Shown here one piece after another: positions 7,731-13,902 of a DNA stretch of 40,631 bases. This DNA comes from a virus. Its lineage: Duplodnaviria; Caudoviricetes. The stretch covers positions 1 through 40,631 of the IMG/VR virus record IMGVR_UViG_3300022930_000014; one strand, given 5' to 3'. The translations under genes were made by a program, and so were the position numbers. Each line of letters starts with the position of its first letter. Position 1 is the first letter of the stretch. A model generated the notes under the pieces. The model was not told the DNA's origin and searched no databases. It saw only the letters and a list, made by a program, of their open reading frames with translations.

Positions 7731-7836
7731 CTGCAAACAGTGGTAACGAACACTTCCACAATCGAGTTTGATACACTTGCGTGCTTTGCATGGTTCACTC
7801 CATATTCGATTTGAATTGCATTTCTGCTGTTTGCAG
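7731..7836 (-). ncRNA. Unassigned ~106-nt structured RNA
   Basis: Perfect 10-bp closing stem CTGCAAACAG/CTGTTTGCAG, internal AATCGA/TCGATT stem and small GNRA hairpins. Confidence 0.55.
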
Positions 7837-7837
7837 G

Positions 7838-7910
7838 TAGTACTCGGAAGACTTGCACTTCCACTCTCACAGGTATCAGCCGTGTGCTTCACTATTTAAG
7901 CTAGGGTACT
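7838..7910 (-). tRNA. tRNA-Ile(GAT)
   Basis: Loop CT-GAT-AC, T-loop TGCAAGT. Confidence 0.82.
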
Positions 7911-7917
7911 GTTTTGT

Positions 7918-7992
7918 TGGTTTCAGAACTTGGATTCGAACCAAAGATTCACGAGGTCAAAGCTCGGTGTACTGCCATTATACGATTCTGAA
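7918..7992 (-). tRNA. tRNA-Gln(TTG)
   Basis: U1:A72, loop CT-TTG-AC, encoded CCA. Confidence 0.88.
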
Positions 7993-7995
7993 TTG

Positions 7996-8072
7996 TGGTA
8001 CTCTATACAAGACTCGAACTTGTAGAACTTCGTTTCTAAGACGAATGCGGTTACCAATTACGCCAATAGAGT
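7996..8072 (-). tRNA. tRNA-Leu(TAG), short variable loop
   Basis: ACTCTAT/ATAGAGT, loop CT-TAG-AA, 5-nt variable region, encoded CCA. Confidence 0.85.
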
Positions 8073-8086
8073 ATTATATGCAAAGG

Positions 8087-8158
8087 TCAGATAAGAGGAA
8101 TTATGAGACCTCAACGACTCCTTCACAGGGAGTGATTTTTCTCTTAAACTATTACCTG
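8087..8158 (-). tRNA. tRNA-His(GTG)-like, aberrant T arm
   Basis: ACTCC/GGAGT stem with CT-GTG-AA loop; enlarged T-loop; no G-1:C73. Confidence 0.6.
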
Positions 8159-8185
8159 GCTTTTGCATATATTGTAAAGAACTAG

Positions 8186-8287
8186 TGGGGAAAGTGATAG
8201 CTAATCACCATGCTTTATAATTGGAATGAAAGCACTACCATAGGTACTTTAACGTCATTTGCGTTGTCCAATCCGCATAATTTCCCC
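8186..8287 (-). ncRNA. Mini tmRNA-like or cloverleaf RNA (unassigned)
   Basis: GGGGAAA/TTTCCCC-A acceptor-like stem, GGATTGGAC, frame GCA AAT GAC... = ANDVKVPMVVLSFQL*. Confidence 0.4.
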
Positions 8288-8326
8288 GTTCCCCCCAATA
8301 ATTCTCTATATTTTTTAATGTGCTTG

Positions 8327-8395
8327 CAAGCATGACAGGAGTCGAACCTGTTATCTTCAGTTTTGGAGACTTGGAGTGTCCTCACACCCACACTT
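8327..8395 (-). tRNA. tRNA-Trp(CCA), degenerate D arm
   Basis: Loop CT-CCA-AA, ACAGG-TTCGACT-CCTGT, G73; truncated D-loop and bulged anticodon stem. Confidence 0.65.
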
Positions 8396-8399
8396 ATTC

Positions 8400-8459
8400 T
8401 AGGCAACAAAATGTTATTTGATTTTAAGTCAAGTTTTTTGTGGTTGCTGTACGTGCCTA
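8400..8459 (-). ncRNA. Y-RNA-like unit 4 (UACAGCAA class) with an anticodon-like hairpin
   Basis: UAGGCA-CG-UACAGCAA...UUGA-CUUAAAA-UCAA...UGCCUA. Confidence 0.6.
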
Positions 8460-8470
8460 TAAGTATTGCT

Positions 8471-8563
8471 AGGTACAATCGTATTATAACTCTACGACTG
8501 AGTTCTGTTCTTTCGAACATAACGCCAAATGTTATTGATTGGTTTTTTTTGCTGTATGTACCT
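8471..8563 (-). ncRNA. Y-RNA-like unit 3 (UACAGCAA class) with two hairpins
   Basis: AGGUACA-UACAGCAA...GUUC-GAAA-GAAC, GUCGUA..UACGAU...UGUACCU. Confidence 0.65.
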
Positions 8564-8579
8564 TGGTTATGTAAAGACT

Positions 8580-8697
8580 AGATTCGGTTGTTTTTCGTGC
8601 TCTACCAACTGAGCTACTCTGCCCGAAGGCAGAGGTTGGACTCGAACCAACGACCGCGACCTTAAAATGGTATTTTTTATTTTTGCTGTACGAATCT
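8580..8697 (-). ncRNA. YrlA-like Y RNA unit 2 (circularly permuted tRNA mimic)
   Basis: AGAUUCG-UACAGCAA, then T arm GUUGG-UUCGAGU-CCAAC, acceptor CUCUGCC-UUCG-GGCAGAG, UA, D arm GCUC-AGUUGGUA-GAGC, closing with CGAAUCU. Confidence 0.8.
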
Positions 8698-8710
8698 TTA
8701 TTGAAATATC

Positions 8711-8808
8711 TATGCTCTTTTAAGTGCCTTTACCTGTTAGGCTATGGGGGCGTACTGTGCCCCCACTTGGACTCGAACCAAGAATATTATTGTTGCTGTA
8801 TGAGCATA
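8711..8808 (-). ncRNA. YrlA-like Y RNA unit 1 (circularly permuted tRNA mimic)
   Basis: UAUGCUCA-UACAGCAA, then T arm CUUGG-UUCGAGU-CCAAG, acceptor UGGGGGC-loop-GCCCCCA, UA, D arm GCCU-AACAGGUAA-AGGC, closing with GAGCAUA. Confidence 0.8.
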
Positions 8809-8827
8809 ATTTCAATGTTCTCTCTAC

Positions 8828-8855
8828 ATTATACCACTAAGCGAGAATCTTGCAA
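8828..8855 (-). promoter_or_regulatory. Sigma70-type promoter for the Y-RNA/tRNA array
   Basis: TTGCAA-16 nt-TATAAT with an extended TG, overlapping the DUF2828 stop codon. Confidence 0.6.
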
Positions 8856-10273
8856 TATCTCTCGCTGTTGATAACGTCAAGCATTGTCTGCTCAGGAGTC
8901 TTGTTTTCGACAACTAGCTTGAATGTACTTTGACTTGATCCTGATACTAGAGATGTTCCTCCTTCCCCTTCTGTAACCGGTACTTGCTTGTTTCGAGCGT
9001 CTACATTCCAAAATACAAGGTGTGGTCGTTTGTATCCAGCATTCTTGTACATTTGGTCTATGAACTCGAAGTTTGTAGACTCATGTCGTGTTGCAGAATC
9101 AAACTCCATGTCTGAAATGATGTATACAGTCGAAGGCATTTCGTCCTCGCTTGTCTTGTTTGAGATGGCAACGTTCAAGATAGTACCGAACACCTTTTCG
9201 ATGTTCGTGCTCATTTGCCAAGAGGCAGTCTCGATGCTGTTCATTTTCTCTCGAATGTTTTTACCTACAACTTTTTGTAGTCTTGGTTCTGAACTGAAGG
9301 TCATGAAGTAATCCTTGAATTGACCCTTGTTCCGTTCAGCAAAGTACAATGCAAGTGATACTGACATACTCATAGGAGTTCCACTCATAGAACCTGACAC
9401 GTCTGCCACCACAAGGGCGTTGTTGCCTCGAGTATAGTCAGGAAGTGCGTTCCATAGTGCGTCTAGAGCCTTCACATCGTCACCTTTCTTCACAGCGTCG
9501 TAGATTTGGTAAGTAGAAAGAGTTCCAGCGTTGATCGTAGCTTCGCCTTTCTCCACTTTCTCCATGAACTTCGCATATCGAACACTATCGTTTTTCTTAA
9601 ACGCCTTTCGATACTTGAATCCAGCCTGAGAAGGAAGTTTTGAGTAGTCAATACCGTCGTAGTTTTTGTTTGTGATTGGAGTTTCTACGATGTTTATTGC
9701 AGCTCTAAGCTTTGTAAGAGTTTGTCGGTAAGACTTTGGGGTTGCACCAAGAGCCTTTCGGATAACTGTTGCAAGTTTTTTTGTAGCTTTTGAAGTCGCG
9801 TTTTCTGAAGGTAGCCATTTAGCAAGAAGAGAAATCGATTCTCCCTTTTGCATAGCTGTGTAGTCGTCAGCAAGTGTGTCTTGAATGATAACCATCACCT
9901 TCTCCTTTACAGAGTCAACATCGGCAAGAGACACAAGATCGTCGTATCGTCCGTATTCTTTAATGAAGTCAAGAACACTTACAAGCTCGTCAGGATATTC
10001 TGAAGCTAGAACCTTCAATCCGTTTCGGAACAAAGTTCTTTCTCCTTGTCCCCCTCGAATATCTCGGAAGTAGAACAGTGTTCGAATAGCACCTACTTTA
10101 TCGTAGGCTAGTGCTTTCTTGAACAAGTCCATTCCAAGCTCAGGATTCTTTCGTGTTGATCCACCTAGAGCGAAAAAGTCTAGCAATGGGTTTTGGCTTG
10201 ATAGGTGAGTTGCAGCTCCGTTTTCTGTTGTTGTTTTGTTTGTAGCGTTAGCTAGGTTTTTTATGAATGTCAT
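8837..10273 (-). CDS. TROVE/Ro60-like protein (DUF2828 family) with C-terminal vWA domain
   Basis: TENGA, LLDFF, RDIRGGQGER, YGRYDDL, SLLAKWLPSE, YRKAF; MIDAS DVSGSM...ISDMEFD...FWNV...VSG; probable start MTFIK. Confidence 0.85.
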   Translation of the reverse strand: MTFIKNLANATNKTTTENGAATHLSSQNPLLDFFALGGSTRKNPELGMDLFKKALAYDKVGAIRTLFYFRDIRGGQGERTLFRNGLKVLASEYPDELVSVLDFIKEYGRYDDLVSLADVDSVKEKVMVIIQDTLADDYTAMQKGESISLLAKWLPSENATSKATKKLATVIRKALGATPKSYRQTLTKLRAAINIVETPITNKNYDGIDYSKLPSQAGFKYRKAFKKNDSVRYAKFMEKVEKGEATINAGTLSTYQIYDAVKKGDDVKALDALWNALPDYTRGNNALVVADVSGSMSGTPMSMSVSLALYFAERNKGQFKDYFMTFSSEPRLQKVVGKNIREKMNSIETASWQMSTNIEKVFGTILNVAISNKTSEDEMPSTVYIISDMEFDSATRHESTNFEFIDQMYKNAGYKRPHLVFWNVDARNKQVPVTEGEGGTSLVSGSSQSTFKLVVENKTPEQTMLDVINSERYCKILA

Positions 10274-10277
10274 AATT

Positions 10278-10454
10278 TTATTGTCTTTCTTTATTGTTTG
10301 ATATATATAGTCGCCATTCTGGTCCTTCAGCACCTGTCACCTCAATATACAAGTTTCCATCTTCGTCCAATGCGTGAGTAAAACTTGAATGATAATTCTC
10401 TGTAGCTGGTACTACAATGACTTGTATTATTTTAGGTGTCTTTTTTTGTGCCAT
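10278..10454 (-). CDS. Small hypothetical protein (58 aa) upstream of the Ro-like gene
   Basis: MAQKKTPKIIQVIVV...; ATG 6 nt after TATACT. Confidence 0.55.
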   Translation of the reverse strand: MAQKKTPKIIQVIVVPATENYHSSFTHALDEDGNLYIEVTGAEGPEWRLYISNNKERQ

Positions 10455-10460
10455 GTATAA

Positions 10461-10506
10461 AGTATATCAGCACTGTTACAAGTGTCAACAACCTGCATGT
10501 GGATAA
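10461..10506 (-). promoter_or_regulatory. Promoter (TTGACA-16-TATACT) with an upstream DnaA-box-like TTATCCACA
   Basis: Direct motif match; similar element at 17042-17096. Confidence 0.6.
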
Positions 10507-10634
10507 CTTATGATGTGTGATCTTCGCCTACGCTGAAAAGGTATTCTCTGAAGTCCTTGCTGAATACGCACAAGAGGACTATTGTCAGTAAAATTGCTGG
10601 TGCCACCACTATTCCGAATATTAGGTATAGAACG

Positions 10635-10814
10635 CTAACGAAATGTTTCGTCATATATTTTCTTGCGTATGTCCTTGAGGTTAATGTTGTACTTCGCCAT
10701 GAATCTTGATATCTGCTGCTTGTGCTTTTTGAAGCCATGAGAACACTCTGTCGGGGATAGTCCTTTCGACAATGCTTTCTTTAGATTTTTAACTGTTAGC
10801 TCTGGTGTTTTCAT
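10635..10814 (-). CDS. Small basic hypothetical protein
   Basis: 59 aa MKTPELTVKNLKK..., overlaps the end of rusA. Confidence 0.45.
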   Translation of the reverse strand: MKTPELTVKNLKKALSKGLSPTECSHGFKKHKQQISRFMAKYNINLKDIRKKIYDETFR

Positions 10815-11175
10815 ATGATTTTATGTGTATTTCAATTCTTGGAGTTTCTTTATCGTACAGCTTCTCGATAGTCATTCTCTTGATCTGGCTGTCGTCTTCC
10901 CAAACTATGCCGGTCAATGCGTCAAAGCTGAGCTTGTTGAAGTTATCTATGTCAGCCTTCCGTCTAGTGCCAAAGTAGATCTTCAGGTCTATATCCAAAT
11001 CATTGTCTAAGGGCATAGAATGCCACTGGGACGAAGCTTGTCTTATATATGAGTCCTTTATCGTCTTGCCGTCCTTACTCATGTACATGCTTGCAAATCT
11101 GCCCCTGCATGTCATTTTGTAAATATGGCTAGTACTCTTCGGTTCACCGAGCAATGTTATCGTGCTGTATTCCAC
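10789..11175 (-). CDS. rusA: RusA-family Holliday junction resolvase
   Basis: DIDNFNK...DALTGIVWEDDSQI...PRIEI motif. Confidence 0.9.
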   Translation of the reverse strand: MEYSTITLLGEPKSTSHIYKMTCRGRFASMYMSKDGKTIKDSYIRQASSQWHSMPLDNDLDIDLKIYFGTRRKADIDNFNKLSFDALTGIVWEDDSQIKRMTIEKLYDKETPRIEIHIKSYENTRANS

Positions 11176-11211
11176 GTATATATTATACCACACTATGAAT
11201 GTTCTTTCTAG

Positions 11212-11295
11212 TCGAAGAAGAAGGATTTGCACCTACGAAGCCCGAAGGCAACTCGTTTACAGCGAGCCATGTTTGTCTACTTCATGTATTCTCCG
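11212..11295 (-). tRNA. tRNA-Tyr(GTA) with C1:G72
   Basis: Loop CT-GTA-AA, variable arm GCC-TTCG-GGC, A73. Confidence 0.85.
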
Positions 11296-11301
11296 ATATT
11301 G

Positions 11302-11374
11302 TTTACCCGCCCAGACTTGCACTGGGAGCTTTCAGTTTTTGAAACTGTTACGTCTACTATTCCGTCACGGATAA
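11302..11374 (-). tRNA. tRNA-Leu(CAA), short variable loop
   Basis: TTATCCG/CGGGTAA, loop TT-CAA-AA, T-loop TGCAAGT. Confidence 0.8.
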
Positions 11375-11383
11375 TCAATGTCA

Positions 11384-11740
11384 TTATACACCACTCTTGA
11401 TGTGATTGTACAGCTGCTTGAACGTTTTCAACGGAATATCCTTTCCACTCTTGTCAGTAACAGATCCTTTCTTCCATGACTTTCCCCAGTCAAGATCGTA
11501 TATGTAATATCCAATGTAATCATACCTATCGTGCATAAGTTCGGTAATGAGTTGGAATATGTGTGTATGTACCCAGCCAAAGTTGAAACCACAAAAGTCT
11601 TTGTCTAGTATCTTGAACGCATTGTCAATACGCTGAACGTCCTTGTCGAACTTCTTCAGCTTATCCATATGCTTCTTGAATGTCTCGAAAGACGGGAATG
11701 GAAAATATCTTTTTGGTATGTGTTGTTTTGCTTTTTTCAT
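11384..11740 (-). CDS. Hypothetical phage protein
   Basis: 118 aa with YYIYDLDWGK...IPLKT..QLY pattern. Confidence 0.65.
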   Translation of the reverse strand: MKKAKQHIPKRYFPFPSFETFKKHMDKLKKFDKDVQRIDNAFKILDKDFCGFNFGWVHTHIFQLITELMHDRYDYIGYYIYDLDWGKSWKKGSVTDKSGKDIPLKTFKQLYNHIKSGV

Positions 11741-11796
11741 AATCTATACTGAGAGCCATGCACATAGTCCTTACAATGCACAGCTCCCAAGAGGGA

Positions 11797-11991
11797 TTAT
11801 TTCAGTATGTCTGAAACAAGTTGGTCTGCTAGAATTTCTTTTGAAGATATTCTTTCAGCTTCTATTTTTGCAATCGTATCGTTGCACTGAACGTCAATAC
11901 CTTTGCAACCTTCTTGAAATTGTTTTTCTTTTTCAGCTATCATTGCGTTTAGCTTCGCCATGATTCGCTTTCTTATAGTGTTTCCAAACAT
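11797..11991 (-). CDS. Hypothetical coiled-coil protein
   Basis: 64 aa from MFGN, coupled to the stop of the mini-pilin. Confidence 0.55.
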   Translation of the reverse strand: MFGNTIRKRIMAKLNAMIAEKEKQFQEGCKGIDVQCNDTIAKIEAERISSKEILADQLVSDILK

Positions 11992-11992
11992 G

Positions 11993-12148
11993 TTAGTTTC
12001 TGTTTTTTGAACTAGTTGCCGTGCACACAGAACCACCACATTCCTTTTTGCTTCGAGCGTCAGCAATTGAGGCAAGAACGATTGAGGATAGTATTCCTAT
12101 GATTGCAATTACAACGAGAAGTTCGATTAGTGTGAATCCTTTTTTCAT
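11993..12148 (-). CDS. Miniature type IV prepilin-like protein (51 aa)
   Basis: MKKG|FTLIELLVVIAIIGILSSIVLAS class III signal/N-methylation motif, short CxxxxC tail; missing from the ORF track. Confidence 0.85.
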   Translation of the reverse strand: MKKGFTLIELLVVIAIIGILSSIVLASIADARSKKECGGSVCTATSSKNRN

Positions 12149-12152
12149 GGTT

Positions 12153-12224
12153 TTATAGGAATATGATTAGTAGAACCAATAAAACTATAGCTAGGATACC
12201 TACGACGTGTTCTGATTTCTTCAT
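12153..12224 (-). CDS. 23-aa single-TM peptide
   Basis: MKKSEHVVGILAIVLLVLLIIFL fills the gap between SPFH and the pilin. Confidence 0.45.
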   Translation of the reverse strand: MKKSEHVVGILAIVLLVLLIIFL

Positions 12225-12227
12225 ATG

Positions 12228-13055
12228 TTATTCCCTAGAGTCTAGGATTTGGGCTGGTAATGGTACATCATTTCCGTAACAGTATGATGTACATTTGCTT
12301 CCGTTCCAATATCTAAGCTCTTGTAGCTTGATATAGTCTGCACCTCCTTGTGAGTTGATGGCTTGAGTCTTGATTCTTACAGCTTCAGCTTCAGCTTTAG
12401 CGGCAACAATCGTTTGTTCTCCCTCGTACTTGATCTGCTCTAGCTTGTTTTTAGCAGCCTCGGCATTTTGTACAGCAGTAACCTTAGCCTCGATAGCTTC
12501 AGAGAATGACTTAGAGAATTGCAGGTCAGTGATGTTGGCATTCTCGATAACGATTCCTTTTGTAGTCAACTGCTCGTTGAGTGCAAAGCTAGCCTTATCT
12601 GAGAACTCAGGTCTCTTGTTCACAAGCTCTTCAGCCGTATACTGAGAGGCAACAGCTTTGATTGTCGCTCTCACTTCGGGTCTGATAACCTTTTCTTCAA
12701 ACTCTTCAACAGTCTTGTAGTTGATGTAAATATTCTCAACTTGAGATGGCTCAATATGATAGTTTACAACAGTCGCAATCTGAACATCTTGCAAGTCCTT
12801 AGACGCAGATGTGAGAGGATTTTCCTTCTCGTATGTTACGGTCTGAGTCTTGATACTGATCTTTGTAACACTTTCGATTATTGGGAGCTTGAAGTAAAGT
12901 CCTGAGTCCAGTGTTCCAACTACGTTACCAAGCCTAGTCTTTACTCCTCTTTCTCCAGCGTCTATAGTTCCCGAAAAGGAAGCTAGTACTATTAGAGAAA
13001 GAAAGCCAAGTGCTATGATTGATACAACGATTTTTAATGGTTTGTTTGATTCCAT
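12228..13055 (-). CDS. SPFH/band 7/prohibitin-family membrane protein
   Basis: N-terminal TM, GERGVKTRLG, SKDLQDV, FSEAIEAKVTA, AEAEA. Confidence 0.92.
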   Translation of the reverse strand: MESNKPLKIVVSIIALGFLSLIVLASFSGTIDAGERGVKTRLGNVVGTLDSGLYFKLPIIESVTKISIKTQTVTYEKENPLTSASKDLQDVQIATVVNYHIEPSQVENIYINYKTVEEFEEKVIRPEVRATIKAVASQYTAEELVNKRPEFSDKASFALNEQLTTKGIVIENANITDLQFSKSFSEAIEAKVTAVQNAEAAKNKLEQIKYEGEQTIVAAKAEAEAVRIKTQAINSQGGADYIKLQELRYWNGSKCTSYCYGNDVPLPAQILDSRE

Positions 13056-13134
13056 AATTGTATGTTTTTTAGTGTTTTGTTAAAATGTGCATAATTTGCA
13101 CAGTCCAACACCGGTAAGGTGCTGAGTGTGAAAA

Positions 13135-13869
13135 CTATTTCTTTTCTGCCTCTTGCTCTGCAATGATAGGGTCTACCACTGTAGCTTTGAAATCGTCTTG
13201 ATTCTTAGTAAGCAAATAGTTGATGAATAGTTCTTTACCTTCGCTTGTAAGGTTATCATTCATGTCCATGATACCAGCCTTAATGAAAGTCTTGTTAGGC
13301 TCTTTCTTCATGATAAGTTTTGCTTTTTCGATTATTGACATATTTTTTGTTGGTTTTGCCTTTAGGGCGTTATCTTTTATAAATATTTTTGAAGCTCCAC
13401 TTTGTATAGAACTTTTTGTTACACACCAAGAATACAAGTATCCAGTCTTACTAGGGTGTATATTCCCTGTACTTCCAGACTTTGTATTGTTATGTATGTA
13501 TATACAAGAACTATCTATTTCTCCCACCATACCTACCATTCCTTCTTTGTGATCTTGTGGGTATGCGTGAACTTCTTGTCCTACTTTTATTTCGTCGTAA
13601 GATAGTACTTCTTTCATACTGTTTGTGTTTTCTTGTGTTACTTGATATTGAGCTTTTGGGAGGTGCTCTAACCCTGTTCTTGGATAACAACGTACATATC
13701 CTGTAGGTGTTAAGTAATAGCTTGGGTTTGGATCAAGTTGTAATTCTCTAACTGCTCTGAGTAGTGTGTCTGTGTCTATAGGTTCAGGTGTTAGCACAGC
13801 AGTTGTATAACTACCATATCCTGATACAATCTCGTCAGTGTATTGCTTTAGTGCAAAAGAATCTTTCAT
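13135..13869 (-). CDS. Hypothetical protein
   Basis: 244 aa ORF, ATG 7 nt after TACAAT. Confidence 0.6.
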   Translation of the reverse strand: MKDSFALKQYTDEIVSGYGSYTTAVLTPEPIDTDTLLRAVRELQLDPNPSYYLTPTGYVRCYPRTGLEHLPKAQYQVTQENTNSMKEVLSYDEIKVGQEVHAYPQDHKEGMVGMVGEIDSSCIYIHNNTKSGSTGNIHPSKTGYLYSWCVTKSSIQSGASKIFIKDNALKAKPTKNMSIIEKAKLIMKKEPNKTFIKAGIMDMNDNLTSEGKELFINYLLTKNQDDFKATVVDPIIAEQEAEKK

Positions 13870-13902
13870 TGATACTATTGTACTATGATGTGTTTACGAC
13901 TG

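Noticed and set aside
4497-8581. Short ORFs overlapping the tRNA array (e.g. 4497-4784, 6109-6540, 7580-7892, 7853-8185, 8215-8520)
   Set aside because: They are incidental frames over tRNA/ncRNA genes with no protein motifs.
8400-8808. CRISPR-like array suggested by the recurring TTGCTGTA
   Set aside because: The repeat is only 8 nt, spacing is irregular, the intervening sequences are self-complementary RNA structures, and there are no cas genes.
10274-10333. N-terminal extension of the DUF2828 ORF given in the ORF track
   Set aside because: It overlaps the upstream 58-aa gene, and the family motif begins just after MTFIK at 10273.
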